NCBI RefSeq assembly: GCF_009914755.1
Contig: NC_060927.1
DNA length: 64,000 bases
Strand: one strand, 5' to 3'
Source of the DNA: the human T2T-CHM13v2.0 reference genome, Homo sapiens
Below are positions 1 to 13,118 of the stretch, in pieces. The stretch's first letter is position 1. Each line of letters opens with the position of its first letter. The notes under the pieces are model-generated. The model was not told the DNA's origin. It saw nothing but the letters and a program-made list of their open reading frames with translations, and ran no database searches. The position numbers were made by a program, and so were the translations under genes.

Positions 1-316
1 TTGTGCCTTATTCTCTAGCCACTTATGCTTGTTTCTAGGCCACAGGATAGCAAGAATACTAGGCACGTAGAAGATTTTTTGTAAACGTGTACTAAGCTGG
101 ATAAAACAGACATGATAAAGAATCAGCCTGGCTTCTATTAGCCATCAGGCCAGATTTCTTCATTAGCCTGAGCAAGATGGCTCAGTGTTTGTTCACAGAG
201 GCTAAACGTATCACTTTTTAAAAGAGAGTTTTTGTTTGTTTGTTTTAAATCAGGCAAGGCTTGTAGAACTTAAGGTAGAAGAAAGTGCTGGATTGAGCCT
301 TTGTAATCTAAGGGGG

Positions 317-2974
317 TGTATTAGTTTAGTAGGGCTACCATAACAGAATACCACAGACTGGATAGTTTACACAAGAGAAATTTATTTTCTTACAATTCTA
401 GAGGTTGGAAGTCCAAGATCAAGGTGTCAGCAGGATTAGTTGGTTTCTTCTAAGGCTTCTCACCTTGGCTTGTAAATGGCCATTGTATTTTCCATTTTCA
501 AGCTGCTAATAAAGACATTCACAAGATTGGGCAATTTACATAGGAAAAAGGTTTAATCAGACTTACAGTTCCACATGGCTTGGGATGCCTCACAATCATG
601 GTAGAAGGCAAGGAAAAGCAAGTCACATCTTACATGGATGGCAGCAAAAAAAAAAAAGAGCTTGTGCAAGGAGATTCCTGTTTTTCAAAACCATCGGATC
701 TCATGAGACTTATTCACTATCATGAGAACAGCATGGGAAAGACCTGCCCCCATGATTCAGTTACCTCCCACTCAGTCCCTCCCACAACATGTAGAAATGC
801 AAGATGAGATTTGGTTGGGGACACAGCCAAACCATATCATTATGTACCTGGCCCCTCCCAAATCTCATGTCCTCACATTTCAAAACAAATCATGCCTTTC
901 CTACAGTCCCTCAAAATCTTAACTCATTTCAGCATTAACTCAAAAGTCCACAATCCAAAGTCTCATCTGAGACAAGGCAAGTCCCTTCTACCTATCTGCC
1001 TATAAGCCTATAAAATCAAAAGCAAGTTAGTTACTTTCTAGATACAATGAGGGTACAGGCATTGGGTAAATACAGCCATTCGAAATGGGAGAAATTGGCC
1101 CAAACAAAGGGGCTACAGGCCCCATACAAATCCAAAATCCAGTGGGACAGTCAAATCTTAAAGCTCCAAAATGATATCCTTTGACTCCATGTCTCACATC
1201 TAGGTCACACTGAGGCAAGAGGTGGGTTCCCATAGTCTTGGGCAGCTCTGCCCCTGTGGCTTTGCAGGGTACAGCCTCACTCCTGACTGCTTTCACAGGC
1301 TGGTATTGAGTGCAGATTTTCCAGGCATGTGATGCAAGCTGTTGGTGGATCTACCATTCTGGGATCTGGAGGATGGTAGCCCTCTAGGCAGTGCCCCAGT
1401 AGGGACTTTGTATGGTGGCTCTGACCCCACATTTCCCTTCTGCCCTACCCTAGCAGAGGTTCTCGATGACAGCCCCACTCTGCAGCAAACTTCTGCCTGG
1501 ACATCCAGGCATTTCCATACAGCCTCTGAAGTCTAGGCGGAGGTTCCCAAACCTCAATTCTTGACTTCTGTGCACCCGCAGGCTCAACGCCACATGGAAG
1601 CTACCATAGCTTGGGACTTGCACCCTTTGAAGCCACAGCCTGAGCTGTACCTTGGCCCCTTTCAGTCATGACTGGAGTGGCTGGGATGCAGGGCACCAAG
1701 TCCTTAGATTGCACACAGCATGGGGACTCTGGGCCTGGCCCACACAACCATTTTATCCTCCTAGGCCTCAGGGCCTGTGATGAGAGGGGCTGCCATGAAG
1801 ACCTCTGACATACCCTGGAGACATTTTCCCCATTGTCTTGCGGATTAACATTCAGCTCTTTGTTACTTAAGCAAATTTCTGCAGTGGGCTTGAATTTCTC
1901 CTCAGAAAATGGGATTTTCTTTTCTATTATATTGTCAGGCTGCAAATTTTCCAAAGTTTTATGCTCCGCTTCCCTTATAAAACTTAATGCCTTTAACAGC
2001 ACCCAGGTCACCTCTTGAAGGCTCTGCTGCTTAGAGATTTCTTCTGCCGGATACCCTAAATCATCTCTTTCAAGTTCAAAGTCCCACAAATCTCTAGGGC
2101 AGAGACAGAATGCTGCCACTCCCTTTGCTAAAACATAAGAAGAACCACCTTTGCTCCACAAGTTCCTCATCTCTATCTGAGACCATCTCAGCCTGGGCCT
2201 TATTGTTCATATCATTATCAGCATTTTAGTCAAAGCCATTCAAGTCTCTAGGGAGTTCCAGACTTTCCCACATTTTCCTGCCTTCTTCTGAGCCCTCCAA
2301 ATTGCTCCAACCTTTGCCTGTTACCCAGTTTCAAAGTTGCTTCCACATTTTCGGGTAACTTTTCAGCAATGTGCCACTCTTCTTGGACCAATTTACTGTA
2401 TTAGTCTGTTTTCATGCTGCTGATAAAGACATACCTGAGACTGGGCAATTTACAAAGGAAAGAGGTTTAATTGGACTTACAGTTTCATGTGGGTGAGGAA
2501 GCCTCACAATCATGGTGGAAGGCAAGGAGGACCAAGTCACATCTTACATGGATGGCAGCAGGCAAAAAAAGAGGTTGTGCAGGGAGACTCCTGTTTTTAA
2601 AACCATCAGATCTCGTGACACTTAAATCACCATCATGAGAACAGCACGGGAAAGACTTGCCTTCATGATTCAATTACCTCCCACCCACTCCCTCCCACAA
2701 CATGTGGGAAGTCAAGATGAGATTTGGGTGGGGATACAGCCAAACCATATTAGCCATCTTCCTTTGGTGTCTTCACATGATGTTCCCTTTGTGCATGTGT
2801 CTTGTAAATCTCCTCTTATATAGATACTGTTGGATTAGAGTCTACCTATATGACCTCATTTCACCTTAATTGTCTACTTAAAATGCCCTGTTTCTAAATA
2901 CAGTCACATTCTGAAGGTAGTGAGCATCAGAACGTCAACATTTGAATTTGGGGACACATAAGTCAGCCCATGAT
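317..2974 (-). mobile_element. MLT1A-like MaLR solo LTR split into 317-483 and 2753-2974 by the THE1 insertion
   Basis: Starts tgtattagttt...ctaccataacagaataccacagactgg and resumes after the THE1 element with cttcacatg...aaatacagtcacattctga. Confidence 0.75.
484..2752 (-). mobile_element. Full-length THE1 (probably THE1A) MaLR retrotransposon: LTR 484-839, internal 840-2396, LTR 2397-2752
   Basis: Two 356-bp direct repeats with THE1 termini, a 5-bp TSD GCCAT at 479-483 and 2753-2757, and a MaLR-type ORF remnant at 1601-2170 (-). Confidence 0.92.
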
Positions 2975-3647
2975 AGGTGACAGTCTGAGAACCCGGCATA
3001 ATGATCTTTTCCAAGGCTCTATGCTTCTCTGGAGAGGATATGTGAGTGACAGTTCTGTTGGGTCATAGAGCTGGAAAAAATTTAGATGAAGAATATTTAT
3101 TCTGATTTCTGAAATCACCACACTTCTGCTTTCTTAACAGCACTTACTAGGACTTAGTCTAATTTTTCTCTTTATATTCTTAGGCTGTGTGGATGAGTCT
3201 TACTGTTGAGCACTTATTTTTTCTCCCCTTTGAATATCCAGTCCTTAGCACATAGTATGTGTCAGGAAATAATAGTTGAATTGAATACAGGTGATTCATC
3301 TGCCTCTGGACATTCTCACAATTTCCTACACCACAAAAGGAAATGAATTTGTCTTTTCCTTAGTCGTCTACCAAGAATGAAGGCATATTTTTTTTGCCTC
3401 AGGTGTTTTGGACTGAATTCTGTCTGATGTCTAAATTCGACTACAGTAATATATTTATTTATGAGCCATCTTTATTAAAGAATGTTACTGCCACCGTTTC
3501 CTTAGTTGCCAATTATTTTGTGCATTGTTATTGCTCCTCAGATTTTCTTATTTTGGGGGAGACTTAGGCATAATTTCCTTAGATGTAGATCAAAGCTGAA
3601 TTGGATAACTAAAATATGTTGCAATTTATGTTATAGAAAAATGGTAA

Positions 3648-4005
<358 letters not shown>

Positions 4006-5685
4006 AATATTTCACTTTTTTAAAATAAATCTTTTTAATGATAAGACAGGCTTGGGTTTGTCAAGAACAGGTTTCTAAAAGGGTTTCATTATGCATGCAC
4101 ATGTAAATAAAAACCTTTTACAAATCCCACAGAATAAGATACTTTAAAATGGAGCTGTCAAGCAATTTTTATATGTACAGGCAATTTGTGGTTTCAAAAA
4201 GCTACTTCAAAAAAAACTTCAAAAAGTTAGTGCTTTTTGATAATTTTTTTTTAAAACCACTTTGTTAACAGGTCCAAAGTTATATGATAAAATGATCAAA
4301 TAAATTTTTTCGTTATAAATAGTCTTGTTTAAAAGTCCAAAGCGTGCCTCTTAATATTTAGTGAGAGCCCTGTTCTTGTTCTACTTCATCAGTTGTCTAT
4401 GTTGCTGGTTGACTTTTGGAAGTTTTACACTGAATGAAAGAATAAAGATTGTAAACCTCTAGAAAACAAGTACTTTACTTCTGTGGTCCTTCCAGGATTG
4501 AATGAAGGTTCCATGAAAGAGAAACATCTGGAATATGCCTTTTTTTTTTCTTAATAGCTAGTAGAGGGTGAGGAGGGAAATAAGACACTGTAGGATAATG
4601 CATGTTTGTGTCAGATCGTAGGAAAAAAATCATGATGTATTTATACTACATGTGCTATTTATATACATGTGCTACCAAACAGCATGCAGCTCTATGTTTT
4701 AGACAAAATAGAAGAAGCTTTGATGATAATTATCAATACATGCATGAGAATTTCCAATGTCATGGTTTAAGCACCCACTTCACATACACTTGTAAATTAG
4801 CTTCCATGCATTCATAAATGGGGTTAGTGTGATTAGCTTGCCAAGGCCCAGAAGAGATTATATTTATTAAAGATCACATGAAAAGCTGTGTCCTAGGCAT
4901 CTCACTAGGAATCTTAATTTTAAATAGGTAATATTATCTTATTTATGAACTATTAACACAGTAGAAACATTTATTTTGATAGATTTATTAATGAATGTAA
5001 AGATTTTTGTTTTTTTAACATAAGGATTAATGGCCGTTCATTCAATCTAAACCTATTTTGTACACTGAAATATAACATAAACATTGATAGACTTGCCAAT
5101 CTGTCTTAAGCACTACTTTTAAAATATGAAGCTAAGTATAGTTTTTTGTTGTTATTAAGATGTTTTAGACATGATTAAGTCATTTTATTTTGTCCTATAA
5201 TTAACCTCCTGAGGTATAATGAGAAATCCATTTCAATATAGAAGGTCAGTTTTGTGGGGTTTTTAGATTTTTTTTTTTTTGTAAAACAAAACTTCCTGTC
5301 AGAGTGTGTGCCCGATCGTGCATTTGATTAGATCAGCTGGCATGGCTTCTTGGCAGCCTGGCCCTCACTGCCAGGTTTACTCCGTGTCCACTTCCTTGCA
5401 GGGCCCTGACCTAGAGGCCATCTCTCAGCTGTCCCAGCCCTGCCAATTGTTTGAGGTCCCTGAAGCCTTTCCTGATTCTCCCATCTCACGTTATCATTCT
5501 CTGTACCCTACAGCTTTACCTTTTCATCATGGTATCTGTTGTGTTAGTTATTTCTTTCATTGTGTTTCACCAAAGTTGTTTGCTCATAGGAGCTGGTAGT
5601 GTGACGCTGGCCACAGAGGCAATAAATATTGGCATTGTGCTGCCTTCGTTGCTCTACTTGGATGAATTAGAAAACATTCAGAGGA

Positions 5686-5852
5686 GCTGGGCACGGTCGT
5701 GCATGCCTGTAGTCCCAGCTACTTTGGAGGCTGAGGCAGGAAGATGACTTGAGGCCAGTTCAAGGCTGTAGTGTATGATGATCACACCTGCGTGTAGCCA
5801 CTGCACTTCAGCCTGGGCAACAGAGTGAAATCCCATTTCTAAAAATAAATAA
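5686..5852 (+). mobile_element. Alu monomer (FAM/FRAM-like)
   Basis: gctgggcacgg...tagtcccagctact...tagccactgcacttcagcctgggcaacagagtga followed by an A-rich tail. Confidence 0.85.
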
Positions 5853-6612
5853 TGAACAAAGAATTGGAAAAAGAATGGATAGAGTGTTGATTGGCTTGCT
5901 TTTCTCATAGCAGGTTGCTTTTCCAAGCATCTTCTTTCACAACACTCATCATGAGGACATCTTGGGAGCAAAAGTGTCCATACTGATTTGGGGTTACTTA
6001 AGTTTTTCTTTGGTCAGAATCCCTCATTTCATCCATATCCTCAGTCCTAGATTAAGTAATCTTAGGGCACACTTACGGCTTCTGACGTTAATGCCACCTT
6101 TGTTTCCTAAAGCCCTGATGATGATGGAACTGTGCATGTTAAAGCAGGAAAGGGGAAGAATGTTGTCAGCATATCTAGAAGCCTAGCCCTGGAAAAGTAC
6201 TTAGGTGGCACAGAAAGCCTCTTTCTGGAAAACCACTGAACTGATAGTTAAATTCAAAAGTCACTCCTAGAATCAGTTTCAGCACACATTAAATTCACTC
6301 GTCTTGGATGAAGCCAGTGAAAATTTTAAGACAAAAACAAGATTTATTATCAAATACTGGTCTCTCCAAAAAGTTACATGGGATCAGAATCAGATGTCGA
6401 TGAATAATTTGTTTTTGTACGTTTTTATAGTTACATGTTATTACTTCTAGAACTCATTTGACTGGTTGAACTAGAGAACCAGAATACAACATGCATTTGT
6501 TTTTTTCTATGGTGGAAGAGAAAAGTAAAATTAAAGTGGAAGTTATTAATACTATATATATTCATAGGCTGCTAATATGTACTGCGTTCTTTCCTTTTGT
6601 GTTTTTCTTTAG

Positions 6613-6856
6613 GTGATTGAAGATAGTACTGGAGTCCGCCGGGTGGTGGTCACACCCCAGTCTCCTGAGTGTTATCCCCCAAGCTACCCCTCAGCCATGT
6701 CTCCAACCCATCATCTCCCTCCCTATCTGACTCACCATCCACATTTTATTCATAACTCACACACGGCTTACTACCCACCTGTTACCGGACCTGGAGATAT
6801 GCCGCCTCAGTTTTTTCCCCAGCATCATCTTCCCCACACAATATATGGTGAGCAAG
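6613..6856 (+). CDS. FNDC3B: FNDC3B coding exon (canonical exon 5, 244 nt), Pro/His-rich N-terminal region VIEDSTGVRRVVVTPQSPECYPPSYP...IYGEQ
   Basis: Polypyrimidine tract with tttag acceptor ending at 6612 and CAAG|gtgagt donor at 6856/6857. The translation is recognised as FNDC3B and joins the next exon in phase 1. Confidence 0.97.
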
Positions 6857-7756
6857 GTGAGTAGATTTTCGTTGGCGTCAGGAGCCGTTGAAACTGATTA
6901 CAGCGTTTCAATAGTTCAAGGCGGTCCTTTGTTTCTTGTGAAATAAGCATAGTAGAAAAGGATCTAGGTGGTTTGTAAGACTCATGGGGAATTCCTAGCT
7001 TCCTTTGTCCTGAATGGTGCCTTGGAAAAATTACTTTGTGGGTTTAGTTCTTTTTCTTTCTTTCAGTTTTCACAAACTCGGCCCCAACCCCCACCTTACA
7101 AGATCAAGGAGTAAGGTAGCCACCTTTTATTTTAGAAAAGTGGCAGTGTGACATCGTTCCCATGTCCTGAAAGCATGTTTGTATGTGAGAGTGGCCTGAG
7201 GTACAACTGTGGCACATCGTTTCTTTGGTATCCATATGATCTACCAGTTAAAGGGAAATTGAAAAGTGTTTTGTGCCCCATTTCCAGTGTTTGAAGATTG
7301 TGAAGTCTCAAGAACCTTTAGGTTTCCTAAAAGGCTCTATGTTGTGATGCTGGCAGAACTCAAAAATCCCCTGGCTGTTGATGTGGCCTTCCTGAACCTG
7401 CTTTTAGTTTAAGAGTAGCCATTAGTGCAGCCGCAATTTCACTGATTGTTAGGCAAATACTTACCTGGATATGAAAAGAGCCTCAGAGCTACCAACATTA
7501 TATCTTTTTAAAGTTTTGACCCTGGTGTTGGTTTAGTCTAAAGGCTTTCTCTATCAAAATGGATACTAAGAAACCAGATAATTGAGGGTAAAATTAGACT
7601 TTAGCCTCTAGGACTTTGCAAAGTGATTTTCTTCTGAGTCTGACTATGAATGGAAGCATTTTACTGCTTCAGACATTTATTATGTTGGTTTAGATACATT
7701 GTAGAAGAAATGCCTGTTATACCATAGAATGTTTGAGCAAGTTATCACTTTTAAGA

Positions 7757-7832
7757 ATTATATATATATAATTATATAATTTCTATATAATTAATTATTT
7801 ATTTATAATTATATTTTTATATATATAATTAT
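7757..7832. repeat. AT-rich low-complexity (TA)n-like tract
   Basis: About 75 nt made almost entirely of A/T with TATA runs. Confidence 0.8.
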
Positions 7833-9870
7833 TCCCTGTTCATCTCACATTATAACTTATTCACAGAAAAAACTTTTTTGAGATGATATTTTAAGTGAAA
7901 TATATCGTTGTAACTTAGGGATAGAATTTGACTGTATGTGTGTTTTGTTTATTTTTTTTTGTAGTCAAAGAAATTTGACATGATTCAAATTAATCAGGTG
8001 CTTTCACAATGTCGTATAAGGGGATGATAGCAAAACATGAAATCAATACTTTGATTTCATAGCAGCATCAATAACTTCCTATCAATTTGATCTTTTTTCC
8101 ATGCGACACACCAAGAAAACATCAAGTATTGGGGATATACTATGAAAACATTTGGATAAAAACTGAAAAAATTTAGTTAGCTGTAATTTTTTTAATGTAT
8201 TCAGTGCTTTGACTCAACATGCATTAAATAATTGAGTGTTTCTTAGAGCTTTCTGGCTGTATCTGAGCTCTGATGACATGAAAGGCCTTGGTGACTGACT
8301 CATTGCTTGCTGGTATATGTCTGACTTGCCTTATTTTAGTAGTCTGTTAGTAGGATGCCACATGGTTACTGTTTTGTAAATGCTGTCCTTTGCAATTTTA
8401 GGCAAGACAACAGTATGATTTAAATCGTCATTAGAGTTAAGCAAAATTGTAGTCTCTTCATTTTATGGTGTATTTGGGTCTAATTCCATTAAAATAACAC
8501 AGAGCAATAATGTATGCAAATAAAAATGCCTTCATTGATTTCAAATTAAAGCAGTAAAACAAAATCCCTTCCCTTTATAAATAAGCCATTGATATATTCT
8601 TTTACCTTAGTTCTTAGTGTGCATACCTAAAAGCAATTTAAATATTAATTTTCTAAACTATAAGAGTTTTAAAAGTTTTCAACATGTCTGAAAAGATTAT
8701 TACTGCCCATAGTGAATATGTTAAATCTCATGTGTAATACATCGTGGTGTTTAGAACATTTACTATCCTTCTGGTATATTTTGACATAGTTTCTTTGGAT
8801 ACACACTCTCTGAATAGGATTATATTTGTTTTGACACGTTCTCTAGTGCAAACTGGTTCTCTCATGAAGATTTGTTTTTTAACAAAACAACTCTTGTTTA
8901 TGCTTTAGCTATGTTAACAGTAAGAAACAGTGGAGCTTTACTGTTGAGTAATTGAGACAGCAGTTTTGTTAAATTATGCAGGGTAACCATACATTTCTGT
9001 TGTGCCTGTGACAGTCCTAGTGTAGGTCTCTTGCCTTGAAGAAATTATTGATATTCCTTCCTTTTCGCTCTCAGAAGTGTTCAGATTTGGATGGTAATTT
9101 ATATTGTCACTCCATAGAAGAGGTGACCCTTTTTTCTTATAAAGATGTAAGGACCCAATCTTTATGTTACGCATTGTCATTTTTACTGATACCTAAAAAT
9201 AATTTTGAACTGATTTAAAAATTTAAATTTAACATAAAGTTTTCCCCTTGAGATCATAAGATTGCTTGCAGGCTTCTATTTTCTTTTGAGCCACTTTAAA
9301 ATGTGCATAGTAAAGTCAGGTGACATTCTACATTTGTCTTGCCTTCTATTACTCCAAAAGAGAAGTTTGAGACCACAGCTTATTATGTTTGGCACCAGAT
9401 TTCAGAGATGGCTTTTCTTTATCCTTATACTTCCTCCTTGAACATTTCCCCTGATTCTGTGAGCTTTGATTATTTTAAATGGAAATATGTCATCTCATTA
9501 TCTTAGTTAAATTTGTTCAAATGTTGGCTCTTTTGTATGCCACAGAAAACTTTGACTGCAATATACTTCCCAGTAGAAATACTATTCTGTCTACAGGGAT
9601 GAGTAGACTTTTAAAGTAGCTTGATTCTAAGTACATGTTTAATAGGGGTATTTTATTTGTTCTGACTTTTTCATGTATTGCAACTACTGAAAACATATTG
9701 AAAGGTAAAAATCAAACTCAGTTATAAATGCAACTAGAATATGAGCTCTTTAGGGATAACAACCTTGTCTTCAGTATTCTCTGTAATATAGGAATTTTTC
9801 TGAACACACAGTGTAGTTTTTAATGATTGATTATTCCTTGATTGGTTAGAAACAAATGGGAATGCTTTAA

Positions 9871-10181
<311 letters not shown>

Positions 10182-10339
10182 AGTATTTTCTTAAAAAATA
10201 TTTATTAGACTCTATTTAGTAATACTTTAGACTTCCTTTATACTTTAGACTTCTTCAGGAGCCAGATCATTTGACCATTTAATAATTTATTATTGAAAAT
10301 GTAAACTGAGTTTGGGTTTATCATAATCATCCATTTTAG

Positions 10340-10621
10340 AAATTATACCATTTTATGGAATGTCAAGCTACATCACCCGAGAAGACCAGTACAGCAAGCC
10401 TCCGCACAAAAAACTGAAAGACCGCCAGATCGATCGCCAGAACCGCCTCAACAGCCCTCCTTCTTCTATCTACAAAAGCAGCTGCACAACAGTATACAAT
10501 GGCTATGGGAAGGGCCATAGTGGTGGAAGTGGCGGAGGCGGCAGCGGTAGTGGTCCCGGAATTAAGAAAACAGAGCGACGAGCAAGAAGCAGCCCAAAGT
10601 CGAATGATTCAGACTTGCAAG
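10340..10621 (+). CDS. FNDC3B: FNDC3B coding exon (canonical exon 6, 282 nt), EIIPFYGMSSYITREDQ...GGSGGGGSGSG...NDSDLQ
   Basis: ccattttag acceptor and CAAG|gtaata donor. The frame is open and continuous with the flanking exons (phase 1-1). Confidence 0.97.
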
Positions 10622-11477
10622 GTAATACTCAAGATGTTTGCCATAGAGTGAATTATCAAGACAGAGACATCTCAAATGATGTTTCCACATCTTTTACATG
10701 AGAATATTATTTCATGGTGGTTGGTTGTTCTGCTAAGAATATTTGAGTAGACCTTCTTTGATCTATTTCTTGGTAAGGAAATAATATTGCATTGTTTATT
10801 TTTTATTAATACTTCATGGCAGAAATACTACATTTTGGTCACAGATGCCATGCAACTTTGCACTTAATAACAAATATTTGAAAATCTTTTCATGTTAGCC
10901 TACTTCTGTTGTTTCACTCTCTGAATAGACAGATGTGGAAGAAATCCAAAGATAATTTTTCTAAAAGTGTAGGCTAGTTTAAATCTCAAAATAATTATAC
11001 CTCATAAACCATACGTAATTACTTCCTTTCTGTAATGAAATCTATCATTGAATCACAGAAATATGTTTCTGTTTAGTTTTGGCATCAGTTATTGTCTCAT
11101 ACCACCTTTTGCCTGTGAATTAAGTGTTCAGAAACTAAGAATAAGATGGAAGAATGAGGGCCACCACATATAGGTAGAGAAACATCAACTCAGAATGGCA
11201 TCTGTCTTTTTGTAGATGAATCTCTTGGGTAGATCAGTTCATTTGGAGGAAGGTTTATGTGTTTAAATGAAGTTTTGGAGGTAGTTTAGAGAGAACCTAT
11301 TTTGATGCCACATAAGGAAAAACAGTGGCTATTTCTATAGGCATAGGGAAGAATGACTTAAGTGAGGCAAAAAAGGTAGCATTTGGATAAGGTAGGTGAG
11401 TTTATAGATATAAATGACTGGAAAACAAAGACTTGAACAACTTTTAAACATAAGATCAATTATTTCAAGTAGATTCC

Positions 11478-11663
11478 CTTTTTCATTCACAATCACATTC
11501 TCACAGACACAGTCCCAGTTTCTACCTGACTGAGATGCAGTAAGGAATCTGATTATAACACTCATTGATTATAACACTCATTGAATTTATGGATTCCTTA
11601 CTGCATCTCATTCAGGTAGAAAAAGGGACTGTGTCTGTGAGAATGTGATTGTGAATGAAAAAG
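11478..11663. repeat. Near-perfect inverted repeat: 72-bp arms (11478-11549 and 11592-11663) with a 42-nt loop
   Basis: Manual reverse-complement alignment gives 69 of 72 positions paired. Confidence 0.97.
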
Positions 11664-12769
11664 ATGGAATATGTGTATTTTTGAGTGTCTATGGAAGAGC
11701 TTCTGACAAGAGAGAGGAAGATTAGGTAAAATGAAATATCGCCGTCGGCATTTCCCCCTACGTTATTTGGGTGAGTGAATTTCAGCCTGAGAGAGGAATA
11801 GTAAGATACAGTGAAATGTGAATAGATCATGTGTTCTTTTAATTTGAATTATGTATTCTTTTCTCTATTTTCCAAACTCTGCAATTATCACGTTATTCTT
11901 ATAACTCTTAAACAAAACATAAATCAATATCATACAAAAGAAAGCAAAGATTCAAGAGACTTTTACACAACTCTTAAGGGAAGATGGTGGGTCTCATATA
12001 AAATAATTTTTAGTCAAATGATACTGTAATTTCTAAGTTTGAAATTAGTTTATTAGCAATGTTACAATTTAACCATGACTATACAAGAACTCATACTAAA
12101 AAAAATTATGAATAGATTTTCCTGAAGAGAATTTTTATCCGAAGAAAAGCGAGAGAGAATGTATAAATTGTCCAGAGAGCTTACGAGGTTTGAAGTACTT
12201 TGATTACTTGACTCATTCTTTAATAATTTTCACCTTGCCTTGCACCAAAACTGATTTAAGGGAAATGACTTAGACACAAAGAAGCAGATAAAATAAATGT
12301 AAGCGTTAAGGAGCCGAAAGATGATAAGGGAAGGAAAATATTAATAAGATGAAGCAGGGTTCCAGTAGCATTGCTTGATGTGAGCCATATATTTTGTTTT
12401 CAGCCTCCTGGTTGTCACAGCAAAAAGGCAAACGTGAATCACATAGTGTAGACGAAGAATAAAACACTTCTTGTTCATGGGGTCCATCAAGTGGCTCACA
12501 ATGTTTCAGTTGTGTCTGCCTCAAAATGTGGTTGTTGGCTCCTAGGATCCCAAAAGGCTTTTTCCTTCTTTCTCATCCTTACAGTGTATCTCCTGCTGGA
12601 GTTTACTGCGGCTGACATCTAAATCTGTGCCCCGGAAACAGACTTCTTAACTGATTCTTAAGTTTCCAGTGCCACCTGATTAATCTAAAACTATACTTAA
12701 TACTAGTATGATAAACCTAATAGGTTCATATGTGGTTTGCACAAGAGTAGAATATATACCTAACCATAA

Positions 12770-13118
<349 letters not shown>

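Noticed and set aside
1601-2170. 189-aa minus-strand ORF, the longest in the track
   Set aside because: It is the degenerate MaLR internal ORF of the THE1 element, not a host gene.
6886-6924. Small stem-loop (TTGAAAC...GTTTCAA) just after the exon 5 donor
   Set aside because: The stem is only about 9 bp and within chance expectation without conservation data.
10622-10701. Extension of the exon 6 ORF past the donor to a stop at 10701
   Set aside because: Ordinary intron read-through. I saw no canonical AATAAA close behind it to support a truncated isoform.
11550-11581. Short direct repeats considered as CRISPR-like
   Set aside because: Only two abutting copies, no spacers, no cas genes and a eukaryotic context.
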